Assembly (NCBI GenBank): GCA_964370135.1
Contig: CAYJID010000001.1
Location: 1 to 52,039 of the forward strand
Direction: 5' to 3'
DNA length: 52,039 bases
Source of the DNA: an uncultured Akkermansia sp.
GTDB taxonomy: Bacteria; Verrucomicrobiota; Verrucomicrobiia; Verrucomicrobiales; Akkermansiaceae
Shown here piece after piece: positions 45,901 through 52,039 of the stretch. The notes under the pieces are model-generated. The model had not been told where the DNA came from and did no database searches. It saw only the letters and a program-made list of their open reading frames with translations. A program made the position numbers and the translations under genes. Position 1 is the stretch's first letter, and every line of letters starts with the position of its first letter.

Positions 45901-48900
45901 ACTCGAAGCCACAAAAGGCGTGCTCCCCGAGAAATACACCCGTATGGGCAAGCTCAACGGTCTGCTCAAGTGGGCAGCCGTCTACGCCCAGATGATCGAG
46001 ACAGGCGAAATACCCCGCACAGGCAGCGGCGTACTCAAAGGACACATTGCCGAGAAATTCGTGCAGTCGATGAAGAACAAGAAAAATGACATGCTCCTCC
46101 AAGGCCTCAGCGAATCCGAGGCACGCGAAGCCATGGCGACACTCGCCGCCGAGCGCATCGAAACCAGCCTGCTCAAGGTCGCCAACGCCGCCCGCGCCCG
46201 CGTCGACATGTTCCTCAAAGATCGCGCTTGGGAGCGCGTCGAGCTCACCGCCGAGCGCGCCTACCCGAAGAAGGAGAAGGGCAGGAAGAGCCCACGCGGC
46301 AAGCTCGACTCCGCAGGCTACCACCAGATGGAATATGCCCTCTCCGTCATGCGCATGGACTCCAACGCCATCGCCGAGGAGATGGCAGGACTACGCGGCC
46401 GCATCGCCGAGCTCATCCCCGATTCTGAGGACTACGCCGCCCGCAAAGACGAGCTAGAGGAGCAGCTCAACCAAGTAAGCGTCTTCGGCTGCTGGTCGCG
46501 CATGAGCGCGCCCCAAGCCCAAGCCGCCGCCGAAGCCTTCGTCGCCCTCGTCATGCAGCGCAAGACCCTCTGGGAGCAGCAGCTTGAGAAGCGCGTGCTA
46601 CACCGCCACTACGTCATGAACCAGTTAAAAGCACGCTTCAAGGTAGACAACAACGCCAACAACCGCAGCGAGGGAAAGCGCAGCTACAATCCCCTCAAGA
46701 CCCTCAAGCGCGTGGGAAAAGAAACAGGCTACGGACTCATGAACTACAATCAGCTTCTGCTCTCCTCCAAGCACGTGTTTGGCGAGCAGTTCACCCGCGA
46801 GCGCATCCAAGAAATGGTAGACGCCACCCAATCGCTCAACATCGCCAACACCGAGAATGAAACCTTCTTCGCCCAGTCCGTATCCGAAGCCACAGGAATA
46901 GATCTCAGCGAAGAGAACGCCCTCATCGACTGGCTCAACGACTTTGGCAAGGTGCAGAACACAGGCATCAAGAAGCAAGAATTCATCACCTACACCATTA
47001 AGCTCCCCATTGATGAAGCCCGTGCATGGGTCGCTCTGAGCAAAGAAGAACGCGCCGCCAAGCGCGAGAAGCTCACCAAGGACGCCACCGAGCAAGAGCT
47101 CGCCACCCGCAACATCCCCAGCGAGAGAGATATCTGGATGATGGAGCAAGACCTCAAGGAGCACGACCTCAAAGCCGCCGAGGGGAAATCCATGAGCAAG
47201 CGCAAGTGGGTAGAAGTTCGCGGACGCCACAAGAGCGGCAACACCGTCGAGCTCATCGCCAGCAAAGACGCCGTCGCCAACGCCCTTCTACTCTTCGAGC
47301 AAGAGGACTATGAACACCTCATCGAGCACGAAGGCTTCACCCCCATCGACGCACAGGGCAACATCATCGACCGCAGCACCGACAGAGAAACCCCCATCGA
47401 CCCCCAGCGCACCCTCCAGCCCCTCTACGACTACGTCGGAGTAGAAGCCCTCAGCCTCGCCCACAAACTGCGCCGCAAAGTCTCTGAGAACTTCGAAGGC
47501 GTCGCGAAGAAATACGCCGAGGAGCGCGGCATCAACATCGCGCAAAAGCCCAAGTACTGGCGCGGCAACTTCAATCTCAACATCATGCTGGAGAAAGACA
47601 CCCTCACCCAGCTCAACGCCTCAGCGGGTGCAGGCTACGGCTTCCTCATCGACCGCGTCAAGCATCACTCGGCTATTGAGTGGACCAACACCATGAGCGC
47701 CGTATTCTTACGCTCCATCAAAGATCAGAACAACTACCTCTACACCTCCCACATCACCAACGACTGGCGCGCCATGCTCATGGACACCAGCTTCTCGCGC
47801 GGCATCGAGCTCGAGCTGGGCAAAGAATACCTCGACACCCTGAAAAGCTGGATCAACATCATCGACGGCGCGAGCATGGCAGACGAGCTCGCCAACAAGT
47901 GGACACAGAACATACTCGGTGCCATGATGCGCGGCGTGGCGAATGCCGCCCTCTCGGGCAATGGCTGGGTGCTCGCGAAGCAATCCTCAGCCATCCTGCA
48001 CGGCATGCTAGGTGGCGAAGTACCCCGCGACGTCATCGAAGGGCGCGAAGGCATCCGCGAGCTCGAATACCGTCATATCGGCATGGGTGAGTTCGCCGCC
48101 GCCATGGCACGCAGCAAAGCGGGACAATCCAAAATCTCGCTCAAAGAAATAGGGGAGAGCAAAGCCTTTCTCGCACGCCTCGATAGCAAATACAAGCGCA
48201 TCGCCCAGCGCATGACGCTCAAGGACGGACAGCGACAGCACCGCTACATGATGCGCTACACAGATGCCTCTATGGACGCCATCGACTACGTAGACCGCAA
48301 GTTCAACGTACTGAGCATGCACGCCCTCGCCGACGCCATCTATCATAATCTAGAAAAACAGAAGAAAGAAAAAAACCTCAACTGGACACACGAGGAGATG
48401 GTGCAAGCCGCCCTCGACAGCGTCGGGCGCGCCATCTCCCTCTCCGCGCAGCCCAAGCGCATCATCGACAAGAGCCTCTTTGCCGCGCGCGGAGGACTCA
48501 TCACCAACATCATGCTCATGTTCAAGTCCGAGATCATCAACAAACTCGGCCTGACCATCTCACGCATGATGAGCGGCGAGATCTACTCAGCCACCTCCCT
48601 GCACCTACTCTACGGCATCTCTACCGCCTTCATCGCAACCGCTATAGGATGGATACGCTACGGAGACAGCGACGATGACGAAGACAAGGCACTATGGAAA
48701 GAAGCCCTATCCTTTGGTGTCAAAATCGGCACAGGCGACCTCTCTGCCACCCCCATCATAGGCGATGGCATCAAGAGCATCACCTCACGCCTCACGGGAG
48801 AATGGAACAGCGCACGCCCCCTGCACGAGATGTTCATTGACCCCATCGGCATCTACCAGAAGTCGGCGCGTCTGATCTCAGGAAAGAAGCAAGGACGCGA

Positions 48901-49087
48901 CATGACCGCCCACGACTACCTCAGCACCACCCAAGGCCTCATACGAGCCTTTGGCGCAGCCTCAGGCATCTTCCTGAACAACAAAGGCGGCTCAACGGCA
49001 GCCACCATTCTCGACCTCGCGACAGCTTCGAACCAAGCCCGCACCCTCAGCGACTTCATCAAGAAGCTCCGCGAGCTCACCGAGTAG
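39929..49087 (+). CDS. Giant (~3052 aa) internal virion / polyvalent protein with ParB-like, LPD3-like and PBECR-like domains
   Basis: Last gene of the ejection cluster. IYVWKRKDGRLEVISGRHKY is ParB/Srx-like; HFIAAANIDYL..VKLTAKE..LYSVE is LPD3-like; ISSSSIIHALRKHG..DILLLPLII is PBECR-like; hydrophobic C-terminus. Confidence 0.8.
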   Translation: MSFSFFPSNTAAPDIDNHDLLPIGADRHDSSDEARQAHLQGISSYLMSEHDEGARQRVTDTLGRVPDVADTKSRNYWAGRAYAKANGFYGNPENYWRAQNMKLPYAEKKGDMYELIGAELAQKTHTHHLQLKQQEKEYEAFEARNADTLSKLLAGHDYEEFYGEGGGISSIDMQQLGEQMDSSVMDHVAALPWKQKAPMSRNPLLDMTAEAEGVNMQKVLRINAVMKQVRKAAQLTEDGDFKAHDALRRVGDKIGTLVANIAEIDKDGNYHIPEEDLAYIHRGLMTIAEEIKERDVVDSLDNFNLAFMSTFDDIAAFLVNFEASSGNDRISQEALDAQEAAHLKSWQLFEYGENNPAFIDGHVIRTPDEYVQRYMQRFYDQNARVTRNELARKQHTAIRQLQGAFQAYAQVAASSADHLAWYKKVTKGAAAMAGDSALYLLPIVGQSVGTAGAIASGYERNMNSNYFEGLRGSEALVRSWQDDNIQALVELLPWSRVGGAGLNKWAGKMLNKGKVGTLTRSIAKFSSRGGLRAYALEVGGMFIDEGLIEPLSGGILTLTSDAALDALGIAHGESRSFSEAFEDITELYEDPAQAGALGLFSAVLNGARLPALLSQSRHFATLSDTWERVGLSKAQAQRVIESENPLDAGQKLWQEEMAKDPTAVRERMRKKSKQQPEEGSILLATGQMQGAEGDANRIRQETWREMQQRGFVPQVEALGERDGEEHFRITELSPNGEQVLATHEFNAKKADDYLAARITMAEQRHFAGQQNVIYGAMSDHASQIVGEAMAQAAENTDGKKGITIENLNELPEGIGEHVQRDGMLTIKSIKLAAEKLGGKWKSVFSSFAERQSIAEQQGASATGSAVLRMREASPYNTRGIHGSTIHVARGSARAHEVLEDTIESFADMDLQERALRLTDEQSLTPEEAMKAAFSEQVAMVRATRDSLMRIDSSLKLPELPEDASYMQLIETLSQMGVSQMLTTGLLPKELDPITDMIKGAVDLSAQSVKLARAWKKAKDQGLDGLPEMSDYFDQLGMDVRDTFTRARIDERVLEAVRKSRPIIQGQQQLMGVDVPTVEQIREEQAAAQARDDEEEAFEDKHRIEASPQQVQQAHTSDVEQQLTHTSSRASAAVHGVFVDNAAAYNKAGGYWMGCIPVKQLSDSKDVQQVKAGAKGKHGVINPITGDYQQDTEAIYVWKRKDGRLEVISGRHKYDLALRTDTEAVTCYVYLESSKHDAKWARLLDFENNMRGDQADELTAAIYTRETGYTDQQLQRKGLMRNKSKSKRGILIGREAREELWTRFKNGVISPMDAEIIVQMTKNLRNAERIEDIQAKCVHLLDQKKSWDYISAMVQLMASKESVFMKQGLLDLGADFEADMEKAAAYIEKSVQGLNEAITIIKQGKKLSGKKKELAQRLGLSTTSQTETEQKLDDLTLMKEMFASVGSYPELIAAAQMWDGKAELDPVGYALSYATKARERANAEKELSREDWEQSQVDYSGMGEFSFSTRRTLDELGLKPSDVVRPQRYASTREEAKEILFGVRGTMFRRREGSKKDSDLVPIQGRGVIAKDTDFEAFVTSKTIRKATSAEAIKKTLRSTSADYHFIAAANIDYLWGQSFAFTIKPDKRGKANIKGVHQRIAYILINQDLCQVKLTAKEFHNEKDINHLYSVEIENVEKINELDVKAKRFDSQENNPHTHNQAQGDDSTLSPDVKPTSSTDVNFTASVRNWKARQIQEVLSSEEGQKLDAYIKSIPENGDTSSMPDLILRTLDSDEAQDLSSLLGVDLTGAQIIISSSSIIHALRKHGNDSQTEELQRDLTMDDILLLPLIIRNKDSVETSGKKKIHFFKNLDDGRIHQVYFVLERSKNKPPRLKLKTAWAEALRSGITPEMESLNDRGLNAQHSGSIVTNIHHGVKKIYPENFSSFSMRTFSESAMAARAVFAERADEKESIQLLKRYDLLIDTLQESLAASNRDETLGTGAQRYAAIISLLEATKGVLPEKYTRMGKLNGLLKWAAVYAQMIETGEIPRTGSGVLKGHIAEKFVQSMKNKKNDMLLQGLSESEAREAMATLAAERIETSLLKVANAARARVDMFLKDRAWERVELTAERAYPKKEKGRKSPRGKLDSAGYHQMEYALSVMRMDSNAIAEEMAGLRGRIAELIPDSEDYAARKDELEEQLNQVSVFGCWSRMSAPQAQAAAEAFVALVMQRKTLWEQQLEKRVLHRHYVMNQLKARFKVDNNANNRSEGKRSYNPLKTLKRVGKETGYGLMNYNQLLLSSKHVFGEQFTRERIQEMVDATQSLNIANTENETFFAQSVSEATGIDLSEENALIDWLNDFGKVQNTGIKKQEFITYTIKLPIDEARAWVALSKEERAAKREKLTKDATEQELATRNIPSERDIWMMEQDLKEHDLKAAEGKSMSKRKWVEVRGRHKSGNTVELIASKDAVANALLLFEQEDYEHLIEHEGFTPIDAQGNIIDRSTDRETPIDPQRTLQPLYDYVGVEALSLAHKLRRKVSENFEGVAKKYAEERGINIAQKPKYWRGNFNLNIMLEKDTLTQLNASAGAGYGFLIDRVKHHSAIEWTNTMSAVFLRSIKDQNNYLYTSHITNDWRAMLMDTSFSRGIELELGKEYLDTLKSWINIIDGASMADELANKWTQNILGAMMRGVANAALSGNGWVLAKQSSAILHGMLGGEVPRDVIEGREGIRELEYRHIGMGEFAAAMARSKAGQSKISLKEIGESKAFLARLDSKYKRIAQRMTLKDGQRQHRYMMRYTDASMDAIDYVDRKFNVLSMHALADAIYHNLEKQKKEKNLNWTHEEMVQAALDSVGRAISLSAQPKRIIDKSLFAARGGLITNIMLMFKSEIINKLGLTISRMMSGEIYSATSLHLLYGISTAFIATAIGWIRYGDSDDDEDKALWKEALSFGVKIGTGDLSATPIIGDGIKSITSRLTGEWNSARPLHEMFIDPIGIYQKSARLISGKKQGRDMTAHDYLSTTQGLIRAFGAASGIFLNNKGGSTAATILDLATASNQARTLSDFIKKLRELTE

Positions 49088-49096
49088 CCCATCCCA

Positions 49097-49140
49097 TCAA
49101 GCGGCGCGTGCACCATTTGCACGCGCCGCTTGACTTCTTG
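49097..49140 (+). terminator. Terminator after the giant gene
   Basis: TCAAGCGGCGCGTGCA-CCATT-TGCACGCGCCGCTTGA followed by CTTCTT. Confidence 0.75.
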
Positions 49141-49184
49141 TAAACTTCTCATACTTTCTTGTAAGTCCCTCAATTTTACAAGAA

Positions 49185-49304
49185 CCCCGACTTAACCCCG
49201 ACTTAAGACCGACTTAAGACCGACTTAAGACCGACTTAACCCCGACTTAACCCCGACTTAACGGCGACTTAACCCCGACTTAACGCCGTTAAGTCGGGGT
49301 TAAG
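49185..49304. repeat. Tandem array of nine 11-bp units (NNNCGACTTAA) plus an inverted copy
   Basis: CCCCGACTTAA x5, GACCGACTTAA x3, CGGCGACTTAA x1 (49185-49283), then CGCCG TTAAGTCGGGGTTAAG. Confidence 0.95.
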
Positions 49305-49327
49305 CTATCTTTTTTTAAAAAAACTTA

Positions 49328-49370
49328 TGTACCCTTATCTCAAAATTATAGAGTACAAAAAAGGGGTACA
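49328..49370. promoter_or_regulatory. Probable integrase arm-type binding sites (right)
   Basis: TGTACCC (inverted) at 49328, GAGTACA at 49351 and GGGTACA at 49364. Confidence 0.6.
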
Positions 49371-49404
49371 ACTAAAGAAAAAACTATTGATATAGAGCAA
49401 AAAT

Positions 49405-49427
49405 AATCCTGTCGCCCCGACTCAATA
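49405..49427 (+). repeat. attR (23-bp direct repeat of the tRNA-Pro 3' end)
   Basis: Identical to 11608-11630. Confidence 0.95.
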
Positions 49428-49468
49428 AAAAACGCCTTGTCGTGATTTTCACGTGAGGCGTTTTTTGT
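49427..49468 (+). terminator. Likely original tRNA terminator displaced by integration
   Basis: AAAAAACGCCTT ... GAGGCGTTTTTT bidirectional-type hairpin immediately after attR. Confidence 0.65.
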
Positions 49469-49487
49469 GTTCTTCGGCAGAGGTGTC

Positions 49488-49652
49488 GCCATTTTTGTTC
49501 CTCGCATGCCCTGATCTTGCCAAAAGTGATCTGATTGGGATTCAAATTGCCAAAAGGCGTTCGAGACAGCATTTGGCTAGCCAATTTTGTTCAAAATTGA
49601 GATTTCTTTGCCAAAATTGTTCCAGAAAGCTTGACGGCTGCCAAAATTGATC
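49488..49652 (+). repeat. Six degenerate GCCAAAATTGTTC-like motifs at 30/31-bp periodicity
   Basis: Motif starts at 49488, 49519, 49549, 49580, 49610 and 49640. Confidence 0.7.
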
Positions 49653-49692
49653 CTATTCTTAAAGGTGAAAAGAAAGACAACGTGACAATATC

Positions 49693-51270
49693 ATGAAAGC
49701 ATCACCTCCTCCCCCGCGCCCCGCGGGCTACCTCTACATCCTCCACGAGTGGCAGATGCTTAGCATCCCCCACTGGCATGAGAGTGCCGTGGGGCGCAGT
49801 ATCGCCGAGGTACACCAGCTCGCCGACGGCCGCCGCCGTGATGTGTATCGCTCGCGTAGCTGGCCAGGCGATGGCATAATCCAGCACCTCCACTTTGCCA
49901 TCAAGTATGATGGCGTCCACCTCGCGCTGCTTTCTCTGATTTTCTCGCGCATCGACGCCCAAGCCCTTGCGGACTCCATCGCTGCGACCCCTACAGGGCA
50001 GTATGCGCGACTGCTGTGGTTTTATTATGAGTTTCTCACCGCAGAGCACCTTCCTCTCCCCGATGCCGCCTCTGGCAAGTATGTCGAGGCACTCGATGCT
50101 GAGCTCTACTACACGCATGCTAATCCCACGCGATCGCGCCGCCATCGTGTGGTGAATAATCTGCTGGGTACGCGCGCCTTCTGCCCCCTCGTGCGCAAAT
50201 CGTCCCCTAGCGTTGAGAGCGCCCATCAGTCCGATGCGTGGCAGGTCGATACACTGCGCCATGCCTGCGATCGCCTGAGAGACAAGTACAGCGCTGAGCT
50301 CTTTAGCAAGACGGCGAGCTATCTCTATACAAAAGAGACGCGCTCCAGCTTTGCCATCGAGCACATCGAGCCCGACGCCACCCGTGAGCAGAAATTCGTC
50401 GCTGCACTGCGCCTCGCCGAGGAGGAGGATTTTTGTACAAAAGAGCAGCTCATCCGCCTCCAGCGTCTCATCGTCGACCCGCGCTTCGCCGTCTCGGACT
50501 ACCGCGATCATCAGAACTTCGTCGGCGAGCGCATCAGCCTCACCGAGGAGCGCATCCACTACATCTGCCCGCGCCCTGAGGATATCCATGCGCTGATGGA
50601 GGGGCTGCTCTGCTGCCATCGCCAGCTACTCACCGCGCAGATCCCCGCCCATATACATGCGGCTATCATCTCTTATGCCTTTGTCTTTCTCCACCCCTTT
50701 GAGGATGGCAATGGGCGCATCCATCGCTTTCTCATCCATCACATCCTCTCGCGCCGTGGCAGTGTGCCACCGGGCTTCATCTTCCCTGTCTCTGCGGTGA
50801 TGAAGAAACGCAGCCGAGACTACGACGCGTCGCTCGAGCAGTTCTCCCAGCCGCTACTCAGCTGCATCCCCCACCGCCTCGATGCGATGAGCGGGCAGCT
50901 GCTCATCGAGGGCGAGACCGCGCACTGGTACCGCTACATCGACTACAGCGCGCAGGCGCACGCGCTGGCGGATTTCCTGCGTGAGACCGTGCAGGTCGAG
51001 CTCGTCGAGCAGCTGGAGTTCCTCAGAAAATACCCGCTGCTCAAGAGCCAAGTCCAAGACATCGTCGACATGCCCGATCGTGAGATCGAGCGCATCATCA
51101 CGCTGGGGCTAGCGCAGGGTGGGACGATCTCGCGCACGAAGCGCAAGCGATTCTTCCCCACCCTCCATGACGAGGAAATCGACGCGATCGAGCGCAGTAT
51201 CCAAGAATTTCTCACGGAGCAAGAGGAGGATACCGAAATAAATATTGAAATTTTCCCAGAAAGCCACTAA
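49693..51270 (+). CDS. Large Fic-domain protein
   Basis: Canonical HPFEDGNGRIHR motif; KETRSSFAIE; long N-terminal extension. Confidence 0.93.
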   Translation: MKASPPPPRPAGYLYILHEWQMLSIPHWHESAVGRSIAEVHQLADGRRRDVYRSRSWPGDGIIQHLHFAIKYDGVHLALLSLIFSRIDAQALADSIAATPTGQYARLLWFYYEFLTAEHLPLPDAASGKYVEALDAELYYTHANPTRSRRHRVVNNLLGTRAFCPLVRKSSPSVESAHQSDAWQVDTLRHACDRLRDKYSAELFSKTASYLYTKETRSSFAIEHIEPDATREQKFVAALRLAEEEDFCTKEQLIRLQRLIVDPRFAVSDYRDHQNFVGERISLTEERIHYICPRPEDIHALMEGLLCCHRQLLTAQIPAHIHAAIISYAFVFLHPFEDGNGRIHRFLIHHILSRRGSVPPGFIFPVSAVMKKRSRDYDASLEQFSQPLLSCIPHRLDAMSGQLLIEGETAHWYRYIDYSAQAHALADFLRETVQVELVEQLEFLRKYPLLKSQVQDIVDMPDREIERIITLGLAQGGTISRTKRKRFFPTLHDEEIDAIERSIQEFLTEQEEDTEINIEIFPESH

Positions 51271-51280
51271 AATCCCGCCT

Positions 51281-51853
51281 ATGAACACGGCTCAACAAGA
51301 ACTCCTCGGTATCCTGCTGCAAAAATCCATCAAGACTGGACACTTCATCCTCGCCTCGGGCAAGGAAAGCGACCTCTACTGTGACTGCCGTGTCACCACG
51401 CTGGACGGGCGCGGCGCGGCTCTCATCGGACAGTGCGGCTGGGAGCTCATCACAGAAAACATTCTCCCCCAATTCCCCAGCATCACCGCCATCGGCGGCA
51501 TGACCATGGGAGCTGACCCCATCTCGCTGGCCATCGGCATGCAGTCGGCTCAAGTGGATGCGACCAAAGCACTGCAAGTCTTTACCGTACGCAAGGAGGC
51601 GAAAGACCATGGCCGTGGCAAGCGTATCGAAGGCAACTTCCAAGCGGGGCAAGACGTCATCGTCGTCGACGACGTGATCACCACGGGAGGCTCGACAATC
51701 AAGGCCATCGAAGCCATCCAAGCCGAGGGTGGACGCGTGCTGGCGGCACTCGTACTCGTCGACCGCGAAGAAGGCGGACGTGAGGCAATCGAGACACTGG
51801 GTGTGCCCGTCTTCTCACTCTACACACGCCAGAGCATCTTTGGCGACAAATGA
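51281..51853 (+). CDS. pyrE: Orotate phosphoribosyltransferase
   Basis: GHFILASGKESDLYCD, RKEAKDHG, VVDDVITTGGS PRPP motif and LVDREEG. Confidence 0.96.
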   Translation: MNTAQQELLGILLQKSIKTGHFILASGKESDLYCDCRVTTLDGRGAALIGQCGWELITENILPQFPSITAIGGMTMGADPISLAIGMQSAQVDATKALQVFTVRKEAKDHGRGKRIEGNFQAGQDVIVVDDVITTGGSTIKAIEAIQAEGGRVLAALVLVDREEGGREAIETLGVPVFSLYTRQSIFGDK

Positions 51854-51859
51854 TCTTAA

Positions 51860-51934
51860 GGGGGCTTCTAAATTCTCGTCATTCTAAATAAGAAAATTCA
51901 GAAAATCTTACCTCGCGAGAAATTAGAAGCCCCC
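51860..51934. mobile_element. Internally deleted copy (75 bp) of the 5102-5292 MITE with TTAA target duplication
   Basis: Same terminal inverted repeats; TTAA at 51856-51859 and 51935-51938. Confidence 0.8.
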
Positions 51935-52039
51935 TTAAACAGAGACCTCATGAAAGAGATGCGAAGCATCTTGGATTCTTAAGGCATTTTGCATGCCAAA
52001 ATGAGACGAAGAAAAGGCAGGACACCTCCTGCCTGGCCT

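Larger units (their letters stand above)
11608..49427 (+). mobile_element. Integrated temperate prophage with podovirus-type virion genes, ~37.8 kb, apparently complete
   Basis: Bounded by att repeats at the tRNA-Pro 3' end; contains integrase, replication protein, TerS/TerL, portal, scaffold, capsid, tail tubular A/B, tail fibre, lysis and internal virion genes with no obvious frameshifts. Confidence 0.95.

Noticed and set aside
39929..49087. DarB-like methylase/helicase or virion RNA polymerase identity for the giant protein
   Set aside because: No NPPY/F methylase, SF2 helicase or RNA polymerase catalytic motifs recognised by eye; a profile search is needed to exclude them fully.
49185..49304. 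CRISPR array interpretation of the 11-bp repeats
   Set aside because: Units are contiguous with no unique spacers, far shorter than CRISPR repeats, and no cas genes are present.
49488..49652. CRISPR or TIGR array interpretation of the 30-bp periodic motif
   Set aside because: The conserved part is only ~13 bp and degenerate, and no Cas or Nop-domain gene is recognisable nearby; kept only as an unexplained periodic array.
27242..50619. Long antisense ORFs (e.g. 27242-28051, 29978-30847, 37975-38655, 49702-50619)
   Set aside because: They shadow well-supported genes on the opposite strand, as expected in GC-rich coding DNA, and show no motifs.
49693..51270. Fic gene as prophage cargo
   Set aside because: It lies outside attR, beyond the displaced tRNA terminator.

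Overview
A host region that looks verrucomicrobial (Akkermansia-like; inferred from gene content and A/C-rich start contexts) carries an apparently complete ~37.8 kb temperate prophage (11608-49427). Left flank: partial lptF/G, hisH, hisB, a lipid A acyltransferase-GT9 fusion, a Nudix hydrolase, a MidA-like methyltransferase, nadA, a lipocalin, tRNA-Phe and tRNA-Pro. Right flank: a large Fic protein and pyrE. The prophage is integrated in the 3' end of tRNA-Pro(TGG) with a 23-bp att direct repeat. It encodes a tyrosine integrase, three divergent accessory genes, three tandem ribbon-helix-helix regulators (no recognisable CI), early/replication genes and a podovirus-type (T7/epsilon15/BPP-1-like) virion module ending in a ~3050-aa polyvalent internal virion protein. 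The most notable signals are: (i) AT-richer nuclease-like cassettes and a ParB-like domain inside the giant protein; (ii) an RHH-only control region with two apparently leaderless promoters and two operator classes; (iii) a promoter-driven hairpin RNA whose loop is a 14-nt complement of an early gene's start codon region; (iv) a cluster of structured RNAs including a tRNA-like element without a normal anticodon loop; (v) a 9 x 11-bp tandem array near attR whose unit nearly copies the att sequence; (vi) a 30/31-bp periodic array upstream of the Fic gene; (vii) two M15 peptidase paralogues; and (viii) host MITE-like elements with 4-bp target duplications. All family assignments come from motif recognition by eye, not database searches.
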